From Euglena gracilis (Eukaryota): 64,000 nucleotides of DNA. This document shows positions 47,701 to 61,183 of the stretch, in pieces; the first letter of the stretch is position 1, and each line of letters starts with the position of its first letter. A model generated the notes under the pieces. The model was not told the DNA's origin and did no database searches. It saw only the letters and a program-made list of their open reading frames with translations. A program made the position numbers and the translations under genes. The stretch lies in NCBI GenBank assembly GCA_039621445.1, contig CP154954.1, forward strand, positions 17,700,589 through 17,764,588, read 5' to 3'.

Positions 47701-50700
47701 CAGGTGCGCACAGGCGGGAAGGGGGGTTGGGGAGGAGGTGTGGTGGCCAACCCGCATGGGGGCTCGATGATGCCAACCCACAAGTCTTCTGCTCTGTGAT
47801 GCACATCTCAACTTGGTCGATGCTACTGAGGCCCCTGGAACACCTGTTTGGTCGTGTTCCCGCACGACAGGTGTTTTTTTTTCAGGGCTGATTGGGGCCC
47901 ATCCATTTCTGTTACAGCCTGCGCATTGGACGGGTGACGTTGCTGGCTGGAAAATGGGGGTTGAGAGGGCTGGCCGCGGGGTGTGGCTGCGTGGAATGGC
48001 GGCTGTTTTGGCCGCAGTCACTCCAGCGAGCAGGAGGCAGGGCCATGGGTTGTTGGCTCACCACCAGCTCCGTGTTGGTGGTAAGTTTTCTTCACGCAAA
48101 AAAACCACATTCATCCACATCCACAAACACTGTGTGGTTGTGGGTTGGTGTGGGGGGGGGGGGGGGGCAGCCTTAATATCCTCCAGCACGCCAATCCGAT
48201 GGTGCTGCTGGCCGGAAAATGGGGCGAGATTGTGACGTGGATGTTTACATGAATGCAGAACAGCCATGGTGTCAACAAAGGGTGCACGGGCCAAACTGGG
48301 TTTGGAGGGAGCCCAACCTGGGACGAAGGGTTGGGGGACGGGCAGTTGCTGAATTGGTGTTGGCGGGGGCGGACGGATGGTGTCCTCCTGGCAGCGGTGA
48401 CGACCCCCAAGTCCCCAGAGTCATCGCATGATGGATGGTCAAACCTCAGAGAAGTCTGAGCTGCCCCCCGGAGGATTGTTCCCGGTTGGGTGGGGTGTGG
48501 GCTGGGCCGGGGTCGGCATTGGTTTCACTTTTAGCGCACACGAAATCGCACAGCACAACAGGTGCGCACAGGCGGGAAGGGGGGTTGGGGAGGAGGTGTG
48601 GTGACCAACCCGCATGGGGGCTCGATGATGCCAACCCACAAGTCTTCTGCTCTGTGATGCACATCTCAACTTGGTCGATGCTACTGAGGCCCCTGGAACA
48701 CCTGTTTGGTCGTGTTCCCGCACGACAGGTGTTTTTTTTTCAGGGCTGATTGGGGCCCATCCATTTCTGTTACAGCCTGCGCATTGGACGGGTGACGTTG
48801 CTGGCTGGAAAATGGGGGTTGAGAGGGCTGGCCGCGGGGTGTGGCTGCGTGGAATGGCGGCTGTTTTGGCCGCAGTCACTCCAGTGAGCAGGAGGCAGGG
48901 CCATGGGTGGTTGGCTCACCACCAGCTCCGTGTTGGTGGTAAGTTTTCTTCACGCAAAAAAACTCTATTCTTCCACACCCACAAACACTGTGTGGTTGTG
49001 GGTTGGTGTGGGGGGGGGGGTGGCAGCCTTAATATCCTCCAGCACGCCAATCCGATGGTGCTGCTGGCCGGAAAATGGGGCGAGATTGTGACGTGGATGT
49101 TTACATGAATGCAGAACAGCCATGGTGTCAACAAAGGGTGCACGGGCCAAACTGGGTTTGGAGGGAGCCCAACCTGGGACGAAGGGTTGGGGGACGGGCA
49201 GTTGCTGAATTGGTGTTGGCGGGGGCGGACGGATGGTGTCCTCCTGGCAGCGGTGACGACCCCCAAGTCCCCAGAGTCATCGCATGATGGATGGTCAAAC
49301 CTCAGAGAAGTCTGAGCTGCCCCCCGGAGGATTGTTCCCGGTTGGGTGGGGTGTGGGCTGGGCCGGGGTCGGCATTGGTTTTCGCTTTTAGCGCACACGA
49401 AATCGCACAGCACAACAGGTGCGCACAGGCGGGAAGGGGGGTTGGGGAGGAGGTGTGGTGACCAACCCGCATGGGGGCTCGATGATGCCAACCCACAAGT
49501 CTTCTGCTCTGTGATGCACATCTCAACTTGGTCGATGCTACTGAGGCCCCTGGAACACCTGTTTGGTCGTGTTCCCGCACGACAGGTGTTTTTTTTTCAG
49601 GGCTGATTGGGGCCCATCCATTTCTGTTACAGCCTGCGCATTGGACGGGTGACGTTGCTGGCTGGAAAATGGGGGTTGAGAGGGCTGGCCGCGGGGTGTG
49701 GCTGCGTGGAATGGCGGCTGGCTGGTCCGCAGTCACTCCAGCGAGCAGGAGGCAGGGCCATGGGTGGTTGGCTCACCACCAGCTCCGTGTTGGTGGTAAG
49801 TTTTCTTCACGCAAAAAAACCACATTCATCCACACACAACCACTGTTTGGTTGTGGGTTGGTGTGGGGGGGGGGGGGTGGCAGCCTTAATATCCTCCAGC
49901 ACGCCAATCCGATGGTGCTGCTGGCCGGAAAATGGGGCGAGATTGTGACGTGGATGTTTACATGAATGCAGAACAGCCATGGTGTCAACAAAGGGTGCAC
50001 GGGCCAAACTGGGTTTGGAGGGAGCCCAACCTGGGACGAAGGGTTGGGGGACGGGCAGTTGCTGAATTGGTGTTGGCGGGGGCGGACGGATGGTGTCCTC
50101 CTGGCAGCGGTGACGACCCCCAAGTCCCCAGAGTCATCGCATGATGGATGGTCAAACCTCAGAGAAGTCTGAGCTGCCCCCCGGAGGATTGTTCCCGGTT
50201 GGGTGGGGTGTGGGCTGGGCCGGGGTCGGCATTGGTTTCACTTTTAGCGCACACGAAATCGCACAGCACAACAGGTGCGCACAGGCGGGAAGGGGGGTTG
50301 GGGAGGAGGTGTGGTGACCAACCCGCATGGGGGCTCGATGATGCCAACCCACAAGTCTTCTGCTCTGTGATGCACATCTCAACTTGGTCGATGCTACTGA
50401 GGCCCCTGGAACACCTGTTTGGTCGTGTTCCCGCACGACAGGTGTTTTTTTTTTCAGGGCTGATTGGGGCCCATCCATTTCTGTTACAGCCTGCGCATTG
50501 GACGGGTGACGTTGCTGGCTGGAAAATGGGGGTTGAGAGGGCTGGCCGCGGGGTGTGGCTGCGTGGAATGGCGGCTGTTTTGGCCGCAGTCACTCCAGCG
50601 AGCAGGAGGCAGGGCCATGGGTGGTTGGCTCACCACCAGCTCCGTGTTGGTGGTAAGTTTTCTTCACGCAAAAAACCACATTCATCCACACCCACAAACA

Positions 50701-53700
50701 CTGTGTGGTTGTGGGTTGGTGTGGGGGGGGGGGGTGGCAGCCTTAATATCCTCCAGCACGCCAATCCGATGGTGCTGCTGGCCGGAAAATGGGGCGAGAT
50801 TGTGACGTGGATGTTTACATGAATGTAGAACAGCATGGTGTCAACAAAGGGTGCACGGGCCAAACTGGGTTTGGAGGGAGCCCAACCTGGGACGAAGGGT
50901 TGGGGGACGGGCAGTTGCTGAATTGGTGTTGGCGGGGGCGGACGGATGGTGTCCTCCTGGCAGCGGTGACGACCCCCAAGTCCCCAGAGTCATCGCATGA
51001 TGGATGGTCAAACCTCAGAGAAGTCTGAGCTGCCCCCGGAGGATTGTTCCCGGTTGGGTGGGGTGTGGGCTGGGCCGGGGTCGGCATTGGTTTCGCTTTT
51101 AGCGCACACGAAATCGCACAGCACAACAGGTGCGCACAGGCGGGAAGGGGGGTTGGGGAGGAGGTGTGGTGACCAACCCGCATGGGGGCTCGATGATGCC
51201 AACCCACAAGTCTTCTGCTCTGTGATGCACATCTCAACTTGGTCGATGCTACTGAGGCCCCTGGAACACCTGTTTGGTCGTGTTCCCGCACGACAGGTGT
51301 TTTTTTTCAGGGCTGATTGGGGCCCATCCATTTCTGTTACAGCCTGCGCATTGGACGGGTGACGTTGCTGGCTGGAAAATGGGGGTTGAGAGGGCTGGCC
51401 GCGGGGTGTGGCTGCGTGGAATGGCGGCTGTTTTGGCCGCAGTCACTCCAGCGAGCAGGAGGCAGGGCCATGGGTGGTTGGCTCACCACCAGCTCCGTGT
51501 TGGTGGTAAGTTTTCTTCACGCAAAAAAACCACATTCATCCACATCCACAAACACTGTGTGGTTGTGGGTTGGTGTGGGGGGGGGGGGTGGCAGCCTTAA
51601 TATCCTCCAGCACGCCAATCCGATGGTGCTGCTGGCCGGAAAATGGGGCGAGATTGTGACGTGGATGTTTACATGAATGCAGAACAGCCATGGTGTCAAC
51701 AAAGGGTGCACGGGCCAAACTGGGTTTGGAGGGAGCCCAACCTGGGACGAAGGGTTGGGGGACGGGCAGTTGCTGAATTGGTGTTGGCGGGGGCGGACGG
51801 ATGGTGTCCTCCTGGCAGCGGTGACGACCCCCAAGTCCCCAGAGTCATCGCATGATGGATGGTCAAACCTCAGAGAAGTCTGAGCTGCCCCCCGGAGGAT
51901 TGTTCCCGGTTGGGTGGGGTGTGGCTGGGCCGGGGTCGGCATTGGTTTCACTTTTAGCGCACACGAAATCGCACAGCACAACAGGTGCGCACAGGCGGGA
52001 AGGGGGGTTGGGGAGGAGGTGTGGTGACCAACCCGCATGGGGGCTCGATGATGCCAACCCACAAGTCTTCTGCTCTGTGATGCACATCTCAACTTGGTCG
52101 ATGCTACTGAGGCCCCTGGAACACCTGTTTGGTCGTGTTCCCGCACGACAGGTGATTTTTTTTCAGGGCTGATTGGGGCCCATCCATTTCTGTTACAGCC
52201 TGCGCATTGGACGGGTGACGTTGCTGGCTGGAAAATGGGGGTTGAGAGGGCTGGCCGCGGGGTGTGGCTGCGTGGAATGGCGGCTGTTTTGGCCGCAGTC
52301 ACTCCAGTGAGCAGGAGGCAGGGCCATGGGTGGTTGGCTCACCACCAGCTCCGTGTTGGTGGTAAGTTTTCTTCACGCAAAAAAACCACATTCATCCACA
52401 CCCACAAACACTGTGTGGTTGTGGGTTGGTGTGGGGGGGGGGGGGTGGCAGCCTTAATATCCACAAGCACGCCAATCCGTTGGGCCGGTTGGGCGGAAAA
52501 TGGGGCGAGATTGTGACGTGGATGTTTACATGAATGCAGAACAGCCATGGTGTCAACAAAGGGTGCACGGGCCAAACTGGGTTTGGAGGGAGCCCAACCT
52601 GGGACGAAGGGTTGGGGGACGGGCAGTTGCTGAATTGGTGTTGGCGGGGCGGACGGATGGTGTCCTCCTGGCCGCGGTGACGACCCCCAAGTCCCCAGAG
52701 TCATCGCATGATGGATGGTCGAACCTCAGAGAAGTCTGAGCGTCCCCCCGGAGGGGTGTGCCCGGTTGGTTGGGTTGTCTGCTGGGCCGGGGGCGGCATT
52801 GGTTTCGCTTTTAGCGCACACGAAATCGCACAGCACAACAGGTGCGCACAGGCGGGAAGGGGGGTTGGGGAGGAGGTGTGGTGACCAACCCGCATGGGGG
52901 CTCGATGATGCCAACCCACAAGTCTTCTGCTCTGTGATGCACATCTCAACTTGGTCGATGCTACTGAGGCCCCTGGAACACCTGTTTGGTCGTGTTCCCG
53001 CACGACAGGTGTTTTTTTTTCAGGGCTGATTGGGGCCCATCCATTTCTGTTACAGCCTGCGCATTGGACGGGTGACGTTGCTGGCTGGAAAATGGGGGTT
53101 GAGAGGGCTGGCCGCGGGGTGTGGCTGCGTGGAATGGCGGCTGTTTTGGCCGCAGTCACTCCAGCGAGCAGGAGGCAGGGCCATGGGTGGTTGGCTCACC
53201 ACCAGCTCCGTGTTGGTGGTAAGTTTTCTTCACGCAAAAAACCCACATTCATCCACATCCACAAACACTGTGTGGTTGTGGGTTGGTGTGGGGGGGGGGG
53301 TGGCAGCCTTAATATCCTCCAGCACGCCAATCCGATGGTGCTGCTGGCCGGAAAATGGGGCGAGATTGTGACGTGGATGTTTACATGAATGCAGAACAGC
53401 AATGGTGTCAACAAAGGGTGCACGGGCCAAACTGGGTTTGGAGGGAGCCCAACCTGGGACGAAGGGTTGGGGGACGGGCAGTTGCTGAATTGGTGTTGGC
53501 GGGGGCGGACGGATGGTGTCCTCCTGGCAGCGGTGACGACCCCCAAGTCCCCAGAGTCATCGCATGATGGATGGTCAAACCTCAGAGAAGTCTGAGCTGC
53601 CCCCCGGAGGATTGTTCCCGGTTGGGTGGGGTGTGGGCTGGGCCGGGGTCGGCATTGGTTTCACTTTTAGCGCACACGAAATCGCACAGCACAACAGGTG

Positions 53701-56700
53701 CGCACAGGCGGGAAGGGGGGTTGGGGAGGAGGTGTGGTGACCAACCCGCATGGGGGCTCGATGATGCCAACCCACAAGTCTTCTGCTCTGTGATGCACAT
53801 CTCAACTTGGTCGATGCTACTGAGGCCCCTGGAACACCTGTTTGGTCGTGTTCCCGCACGACAGGGTGTTTTTTTTCGAGGCTGAGTGGGGCCCGTTCAT
53901 TTCTGTTACACAGCCTGCGCATTGGACGGGTGACGTTGCTGGCTGGAAAATGGGGGTTGAGAGGGCTGGCCGCGGGGTGTGGCTGCGTGGAATGGCGGCT
54001 GTTTTGGCCGCAGTCACTCCAGCGAGCAGGAGGCAGGGCCATGGGTGGTTGGCTCACCACCAGCTCCGTGTTGGTGGTAAGTTTTAAAAACAAAAAAAAA
54101 CCACATTCATCCACACCCACAGACATTGTGTGGTTGTGGGTTGGTGTGGGGGGGGGGTGGCAGCCTTAATATCCTCCAGCACGCCAATCCGATGGTGCTG
54201 CTGGCCGGAAAATGGGGCGAGATTGTGACGTGGATGTTTACATGAATGCAGAACAGCCATGGTGTCAACAAAGGGTGCACGGGCCAAACTGGGTTTGGAG
54301 GGAGCCCAACCTGGGACGAAGGGTTGGGGGACGGGCAGTTGCTGAATTGGTGTTGGCGGGGGCGGACGGATGGTGTCCTCCTGGCAGCGGTGACGACCCC
54401 CAAGTCCCCAGAGTCATCGCATGATGGATGGTCAAACCTCAGAGAAGTCTGAGCTGCCCCCCGGAGGATTGTTCCCGGTTGGGTGGGGTGTGGGCTGGGC
54501 CGGGGTCGGCATTGGTTTCGCTTTTAGCGCACACGAAATCGCACAGCACAACAGGTGCGCACAGGCGGGAAGGGGGGTTGGGGAGGAGGTGTGGTGGCCA
54601 ACCCGCATGGGGGCTCGATGATGCCAACCCACAAGTCTTCTGCTCTGTGATGCACATCTCAACTTGGTCGATGCTACTGAGGCCCCTGGAACACCTGTTT
54701 GGTCGTGTTCCCGCACGACAGGTGATTTTTTTTCAGGGCTGATTGGGGCCCATCCATTTCTGTTACAGCCTGCGCATTGGACGGGTGACGTTGCTGGCTG
54801 GAAAATGGGGGTTGAGAGGGCTGGCCGCGGGGTGTGGCTGCGTGGAATGGCGGCTGTTTTGGCCGCAGTCACTCCAGCGAGCAGGAGGCAGGGCCATGGG
54901 TGGTTGGCTCACCACCAGCTCCGTGTTGGTGGTAAGTTTTCTTCACGCAAAAAAACCACATTCATCCACATCCACAAATACTGTGTGGTTGTGGGTTGGT
55001 GTGGGGGGGGGGTGGCAGCCTTAATATCCTCCAGCACGCCAATCCGATGGTGCTGCTGGCCGGAAAATGGGGCGAGATTGTGACGTGGATGTTTACATGA
55101 ATGCAGAACAGCAATGGTGTCAACAAAGGGTGTCTACACGGGCCAAACTGGGTTTGGAGGGAGCCCAACCTGGGACGAAGGGTTGGGGGACGGGCAGTTG
55201 CTGAATTGGTGTTGGCGGGGGCGGACGGATGGTGTCCTCCTGGCAGCGGTGACGACCCCCAAGTCCCCAGAGTCATCGCATGATGGATGGTCAAACCTCA
55301 GAGAAGTCTGAGCTGCCCCCCGGAGGATTGTTCCCGGTTGGGTGGGGTGTGGGCTGGGCCGGGGTCGGCATTGGTTTCACTTTTAGCGCACACGAAATCG
55401 CACAGCACAACAGGTGCGCACAGGCGGGAAGGGGGGTTGGGGAGGAGGTGTGGTGACCAACCCGCATGGGGGCTCGATGATGACAACCCACAAGTCTTCT
55501 GCTCTGTGATGCACATCTCAACTTGGTCGATGCTACTGAGGCCCCTGGAACACCTGTTTGGTCGTGTTCCCGCACGACAGGTGATTTTTTTTCAGGGCTG
55601 ATTGGGGCCCATCCATTTCTGTTACAGCCTGCGCATTGGACGGGTGACGTTGCTGGCTGGAAAATGGGGGTTGAGAGGGCTGGCCGCGGGGTGTGGCTGC
55701 GTGGAATGGCGGCTGTTTTGGCCGCAGTCACTCCAGTGAGCAGGAGGCAGGGCCATGGGTGGTTGGCTCACCACCAGCTCCGTGTTGGTGGTAAGTTTTC
55801 TTCACGCAAAAAAACCACATTCATCCACACCCACAAACACTGTGTGGTTGTGGGTTGGTGTGGGGGGGGGGGGTGGCAGCCTTAATATCCTCCAGCACGC
55901 CAATCCGATGGTGCTGCTGGCCGGAAAATGGGGGAAATTTTGACGTAGATGTTTACATGAATGCAGAACAGCCATGGTGTCAACAAAGGGTGCACGGGCC
56001 AAACTGGGTTTGGAGGGAGCCCAACCTGGGACGAAGGGTTGGGGGACGGGCAGTTGCTGAATTGGTGTTGGCGGGGGCGGACGGATGGTGTCCTCCTGGC
56101 AGCGGTGACGACCCCCAAGTCCCCAGAGTCATCGCATGATGGATGGTCAAACCTCAGAGAAGTCTGAGCTGCCCCCCGGAGGATTGTTCCCGGTTGGGTG
56201 GGGTGTGGGCTGGGCCGGGGTCGGCATTGGTTTCGCTTTTAGCGCACACGAAATCGCACAGCACAACAGGTGCGCACAGGCGGGAAGGGTGGTTGGGGAG
56301 GAGGTGGGGGGGCCACGCCGCATGGGGGCTCGATGATGCCAACCCACAAGTCTTCTGCTCTGTGATGCACATCTCAACTTGGTCGATGCTACTGAGGCCC
56401 CTGGAACACCTGTTTGGTCGTGTTCCCGCACGACAGGTGATTTTTTTTCAGGGCTGATTGGGGCCCATCCATTTCTGTTACAGCCTGCGCATTGGACGGG
56501 TGACGTTGCTGGCTGGAAAATGGGGGTTGAGAGGGCTGGCCGCGGGGTGTGGCTGCGTGGAATGGCGGCTGTTTTGGCCGCAGTCACTCCAGCGAGCAGG
56601 AGGCAGGGCCATGGGTGGTTGGCTCACCACCAGCTCCGTGTTGGTGGTAAGTTTTCTTCACGCAAAAAAAAATTCATCCACATCCACAAACACTGTGTGG

Positions 56701-58169
56701 TTGTGGGTTGGTGTGGGGGGGGGGTGGCAGCCTTAATATCCTCCAGCACGCCAATCCGATGGTGCTGCTGGCCGGAAAATGGGGCGAGATTGTGACGTGG
56801 ATGTTTACATGAATGCAGAACAGCCATGGTGTCAACAAAGGGTGCACGGGCCAAACTGGGTTTGGAGGGAGCCCAACCTGGGACGAAGGGTTGGGGGACG
56901 GGCAGTTGCTGAATTGGTGTTGGCGGGGGCGGACGGATGGTGTCCTCCTGGCAGCGGTGACGACCCCCAAGTCCCCAGAGTCATCGCATGATGGATGGTC
57001 AAACCTCAGAGAAGTCTGAGCTGCCCCCCGGAGGATTGTTCCCGGTTGGGTGGGGTGTGGGCTGGGCCGGGGTCGGCATTGGTTTCACTTTTAGCGCACA
57101 CGAAATCGCACAGCACAACAGGTGCGCACAGGCGGGAAGGGGGGTTGGGGAGGAGGTGTGGTGACCAACCCGCATGGGGGCTCGATGATGCCAACCCACA
57201 AGTCTTCTGCTCTGTGATGCACATCTCAACTTGGTCGATGCTACTGAGGCCCCTGGAACACCTGTTTGGTCGTGTTCCCGCACGACAGGTGATTTTTTTT
57301 CAGGGCTGATTGGGGCCCATCCATTTCTGTTACAGCCTGCGCATTGGACGGGTGACGTTGCTGGCTGGAAAATGGGGGTTGAGAGGGCTGGCCGCGGGGT
57401 GTGGCTGCGTGGAATGGCGGCTGTTTTGGCCGCAGTCACTCCAGCGAGCAGGAGGCAGGGCCATGGGTGGTTGGCTCACCACCAGCTCCGTGTTGGTGGT
57501 AAGTTTTCTTCCCCCAAAAACCCCATATTCATCCACACCCACAAACACTGTGTGGTTGTGGGGGGGGGGGGTGGCAGCCTTAATATCCTCCAGCACGCCA
57601 ATCCGATGGTGCTGCTGGCCGGAAAATGGGGCGAGATTGTGACGTGGATGTTTACATGAATGCAGAACAGCCATGGTGTCAACAAAGGGTGCACGGGCCA
57701 AACTGGGTTTGGAGGGAGCCCAACCTGGGACGAAGGGTTGGGGGACGGGCAGCTGCTGAATTGGTGTTGGCGGGGGCGGACGGATGGTGTCCTCCTGGCA
57801 GCGGTGACCTGGAGTGTGTTGGAGGAGGAGATGGTGACCGTGTTGCCATTATGCTTGTTCCCGTGGAACACCTGTCCGTTCATGTCCCCAGACATGAAGT
57901 TTATTGCAATTTTTTTGTGATCCACCCATTTCTATTGAAGCCTGCGCATTGGACGTTATGCTTGATGAACCTTTGTGCTGTCATTATTATTCCTTTTGGG
58001 GGTTAGCTTTGGTTGTTTTGGTTGCATTCTTTTTTTTTTTTTTTTTGGTTGCTTTTTGGTTCATAGGCATATTGGGTGGTCCAGTTTTCGTACCCCCATT
58101 TTAGTCAGCTATTAATTATTTTATACTTCGCACCCCGCTTGGGGCGGGTCAGGCATCTCTGCCATGGGT

Positions 58170-58314
58170 GGCCGCATTGGGACCGGCTGCATCCTGGCCA
58201 TGGTCACGAAGGCGGCCCCATCTGGAGGGAGACGATCGCGGACGTGCACCGAGGATGTGTGTGACCTGGGAGTGTTGGCACCGGTTTCGCCCCGTTCCGG
58301 GGAGGCCTCCTGAG
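58170..58314 (+). CDS. HADHA/FadJ-like exon with corrupted sequence (indels); 5' boundary unclear
   Basis: Fragments (D)RxCILAMV, EDV..DLG and GTGFAPFRGGLL followed by ag|gtggc; matches the family motif GxGF(A/P)PFRGG. Confidence 0.7.
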
Positions 58315-58996
58315 GTGGCCCCCATCCATTCTCTGTAACCCCGGGAGTTTGGTTTCCGTCCAATGTCAAAAGGAGAGGGATCAATAAATTCTTCAGAATA
58401 TCCCCTCCAACCTTGAAGGATTTCAAACACAGCAGCAAAGGTGGTTTTTAGAAACGGTCTGAAATATCTTGTTTTTTTGCAAATGTTGAATAGTTTTGTT
58501 ATTCGCAAATTGGCACCAATTGCATGTTTCTGGTGAGCTTTCATCCTTATTTTCTGTGCCATCCTCCCCAAAGGACCGCTTTTGGGCAGGTCCCGGGGTC
58601 GAACGCGATCATAAATTACCGGGGGGGGATTGGAGGCCGAAAAAATTGATTGGGAAAAAATTGGCGTACAGAAATCCTGCCAGATTTTTTTTTGGCTCTT
58701 TTTTTTAAAATCTTGCCAATTTTTTCCGGGCCGTTTCAAAGGTTTCCCATTGCATAATGCGAATTTTTGGTCTGGCCAGAAGTTGAATTCTGGTGGACGT
58801 CCAACCTTGCCAGGCTGTCTTCTCCCTTGTGCTTTGAAGCATTTTTTTTACCTGACCTTTTACTGGGGGGGAATTGGGGCTAGATAAAATTAGAACCGAC
58901 AAAATTGGAAACCGAAAAAATTGCCAAATCTGAAAACGGCCCGGAAAAAATTGGCAGGTTTTTTGCAAGATGACTGGAAAAAGGTTGAGTTGTGGG

Positions 58997-59118
58997 CAGG
59001 GTTCGATGTAAGGACAGGTGGGGGGGGGGTACGGACCCCCCCCCCTGCGGGCCAGGAGGGGGGTGGGGAGGACACCCCCCCACCTAAACCATGTACGCCC
59101 TCCTTATATCAAACCCTG
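58997..59118. mobile_element. hAT-like MITE family A
   Basis: Nearly the same as 16880-16999; 8-bp TSD gttgtggg. Confidence 0.92.
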
Positions 59119-59417
59119 GTTGTGGGTTCGCGGCTCCAAACCACACCAGGCAAACAAACAACCTCAATTCTCTCTTCTTTTTTTCAGCAAGCACATTTTT
59201 TGAGTTTTGGGAGGATGGGCCGATGGTCAGAAATCATTTTCCCCCATTTTTGCCAAAATATGCCAATTTGCGGCCGTTTTTCTTGTGGATTTGCATTTAT
59301 TATGCTGGGACGGAATTTTTTCCCACTGAGGACCAACCTGGTGGGGGGGATCCCCACCCTAAAAAAGAATCCCTGATGGAGAAGCCCTGGGATGAGAGCA
59401 TGCACCGCCCCTCACAG

Positions 59418-59517
59418 CTATGCAGACAACCGGGGAATCCCAGAGATCGTTTCAGCGCTTCGGAAGCTGACTGAGAAGCATGGCGACCGCTTTACGCCGG
59501 CCCCGTTGCTGGTGCAG
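59418..59517 (+). CDS. HADHA/FadJ-like exon
   Basis: cag|C TAT...CAG|gtgtc; peptide YADNRGIPEIVSALRKLTEKHGDRFTPAPLLVQ; in phase with the previous exon. Confidence 0.9.
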
Positions 59518-59731
59518 GTGTCTGTGATGTGGAAAACAAGATTCTTTTTATCGTAATTTGAGGTGTAATCAAATTCTTTTAGGTTAAAAAAAACTTGCCT
59601 CCAAAGTAAATCAGGTTCGGTCGACAAGTTTTCAAAGGTATCTTCACCCCCCCCCCCCCGGCCGGCCGGCTCCCGAATGGAAATTTTCACCGTTAGGTTT
59701 CAAGGTCAGGGGGTGAGGGCTGTGCGGGAAT

Positions 59732-60171
59732 CAGGCATTTGCTTAAGGGATTGCAGTACCCCCCCAAATTTGGACTGCAGCTAGTCCAAATTTGGCTAGT
59801 GGGATTTCTAGCAGACCCCCCCGGGTGGGTCTGCTAGCAGGCTAGCTAGTGAAAAAAAATTTTCAGTGACCGGCGCAAAGCGCTGAAATTTTTTGGGACC
59901 CCCAAAAATGGCCAAAAATGCCCGTTTTTGGCCATTTTTGTGAATTTTTGGAACAAAATCAGCCAAAAACCTATTAAAAGCCTCATTTTTCCTCTGGCGC
60001 ACAGCGCCAGAGGAAAAAAATTTTCCAGTTCGGGGGGACCCCCCGACCTGGGAGGGACCTGGGGAGGGGGGACCCCCCAGGGAGGGGGGTCTAGCTAGTC
60101 CACTTTTTCCAGTGTCTAGCCGATTGGCTAGCCAGTACCCCCCCCCTCCGGGGTCCTTAAGCGAAAGCCTG
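59732..60171. mobile_element. hAT-like MITE family D, inverted relative to 19372
   Basis: TIRs and 8-bp TSD gcgggaat. Confidence 0.9.
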
Positions 60172-61089
60172 GCGGGAATCCCCGAACCCTATGGGTCCTA
60201 TGGGTGGTGGGGGGGGTCTGACCCCCCCACCAGGCTTTCCCATGCAGCCCTGGGTGAGAGAGCCGACCCCCCCCCATATTTTTGGAGTATTGTCTGGTGG
60301 ATCAATTAGCCAGTTTTTGCTGAAAATCGGCAGGGGGTCTTGTTTGGGGGGGGGGTGTAATTTTGGGGTTTTTATTATTGGGAGGGGGTTTAGGGCTTGA
60401 CATTTCACAACAAAAACCACAAAATCCAAATGTTGAAATGGTTTTGAAACCTCTTGTTCTTTCTGTCACACACACAATTATTATTGTACAATTACTTCTT
60501 TTTCAACTATTTTTTATTTGGGGAGCGGCCTGCTCCCCCCCCCCCACCGTCGGTGCCCTCAGTGCCAATTTCAATTCAAAATTTTCCCAAAGTTTTGTTT
60601 CCCCTATTTTTTGTTCGTCGCAATTTTTGTCAGCATTTAAGAACTACAATTGACCAATTGATGTGAAATTGGTCCAAAAATGCGAAGTATGTAGCCGGAA
60701 AAACGAAAGGCAAAATGTGCAAAAAAAAGCGAAGAATACGACGTTCACAAACGTTTCATCATGAGAAAAATGCAAATTATGCAAGAAAGCAAAGCAAAGC
60801 TAAAAATTGTTGGATTATTCAAATAGATGCAAATTATTCATACCCTCCCCCCTGTTGAACAGGTGACAGAAAGAAGAGGCATCAACTGACTAGGTCTGTA
60901 GGTGGTGGTTAACTGACCAGTTTTCATTTCTTTGTACGCAACAATAACAACATTTTGCTTTGAAAATTGTTTTGTTGTGACCAGTAAATGCTGTCTATGC
61001 ATGTATGGGTAAGCACCATCAATTATATTGTGCTGATTTTGGGGTCGGTCGAAAAAGCAGTTGCCTATTGGGTCGGTTTGCTTTCTCAG

Positions 61090-61183
61090 ATGGCGGAGAA
61101 CAAGAAGGTCTTCTTCCCACACCGGCCTCGTATCCAGGCCTTTGCTTCCAGAGTGTACAACACCCCCCCTCCGACGAAGGCTG
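61090..61183 (+). CDS. HADHA/FadJ-like near-terminal exon; 3' end uncertain (in-frame stop at 61218 if unspliced)
   Basis: ctttctcag|ATG GCG GAG; peptide MAENKKVFFPHRP continues PLLVQ in phase 0. Confidence 0.7.

Larger units (their letters stand above)
35222..57808 (+). repeat. Tandem array of 26 complete plus 1 partial unit of ~852-896 bp
   Basis: The same short ORF landmarks recur at 35267, 36163, 37047 ... 56813, 57660; units are near-identical. Confidence 0.99.

Noticed and set aside
35222-57808. Array as protein-coding repeats, CRISPR/TIGR-like array, SL-RNA/5S repeat or hammerhead retrozyme
   Set aside because: ORFs shift frame at homopolymers from unit to unit; guides are essentially identical between units (no variable spacers); no spliced-leader or 5S sequence recognised; no CUGANGA hammerhead core seen on either strand.
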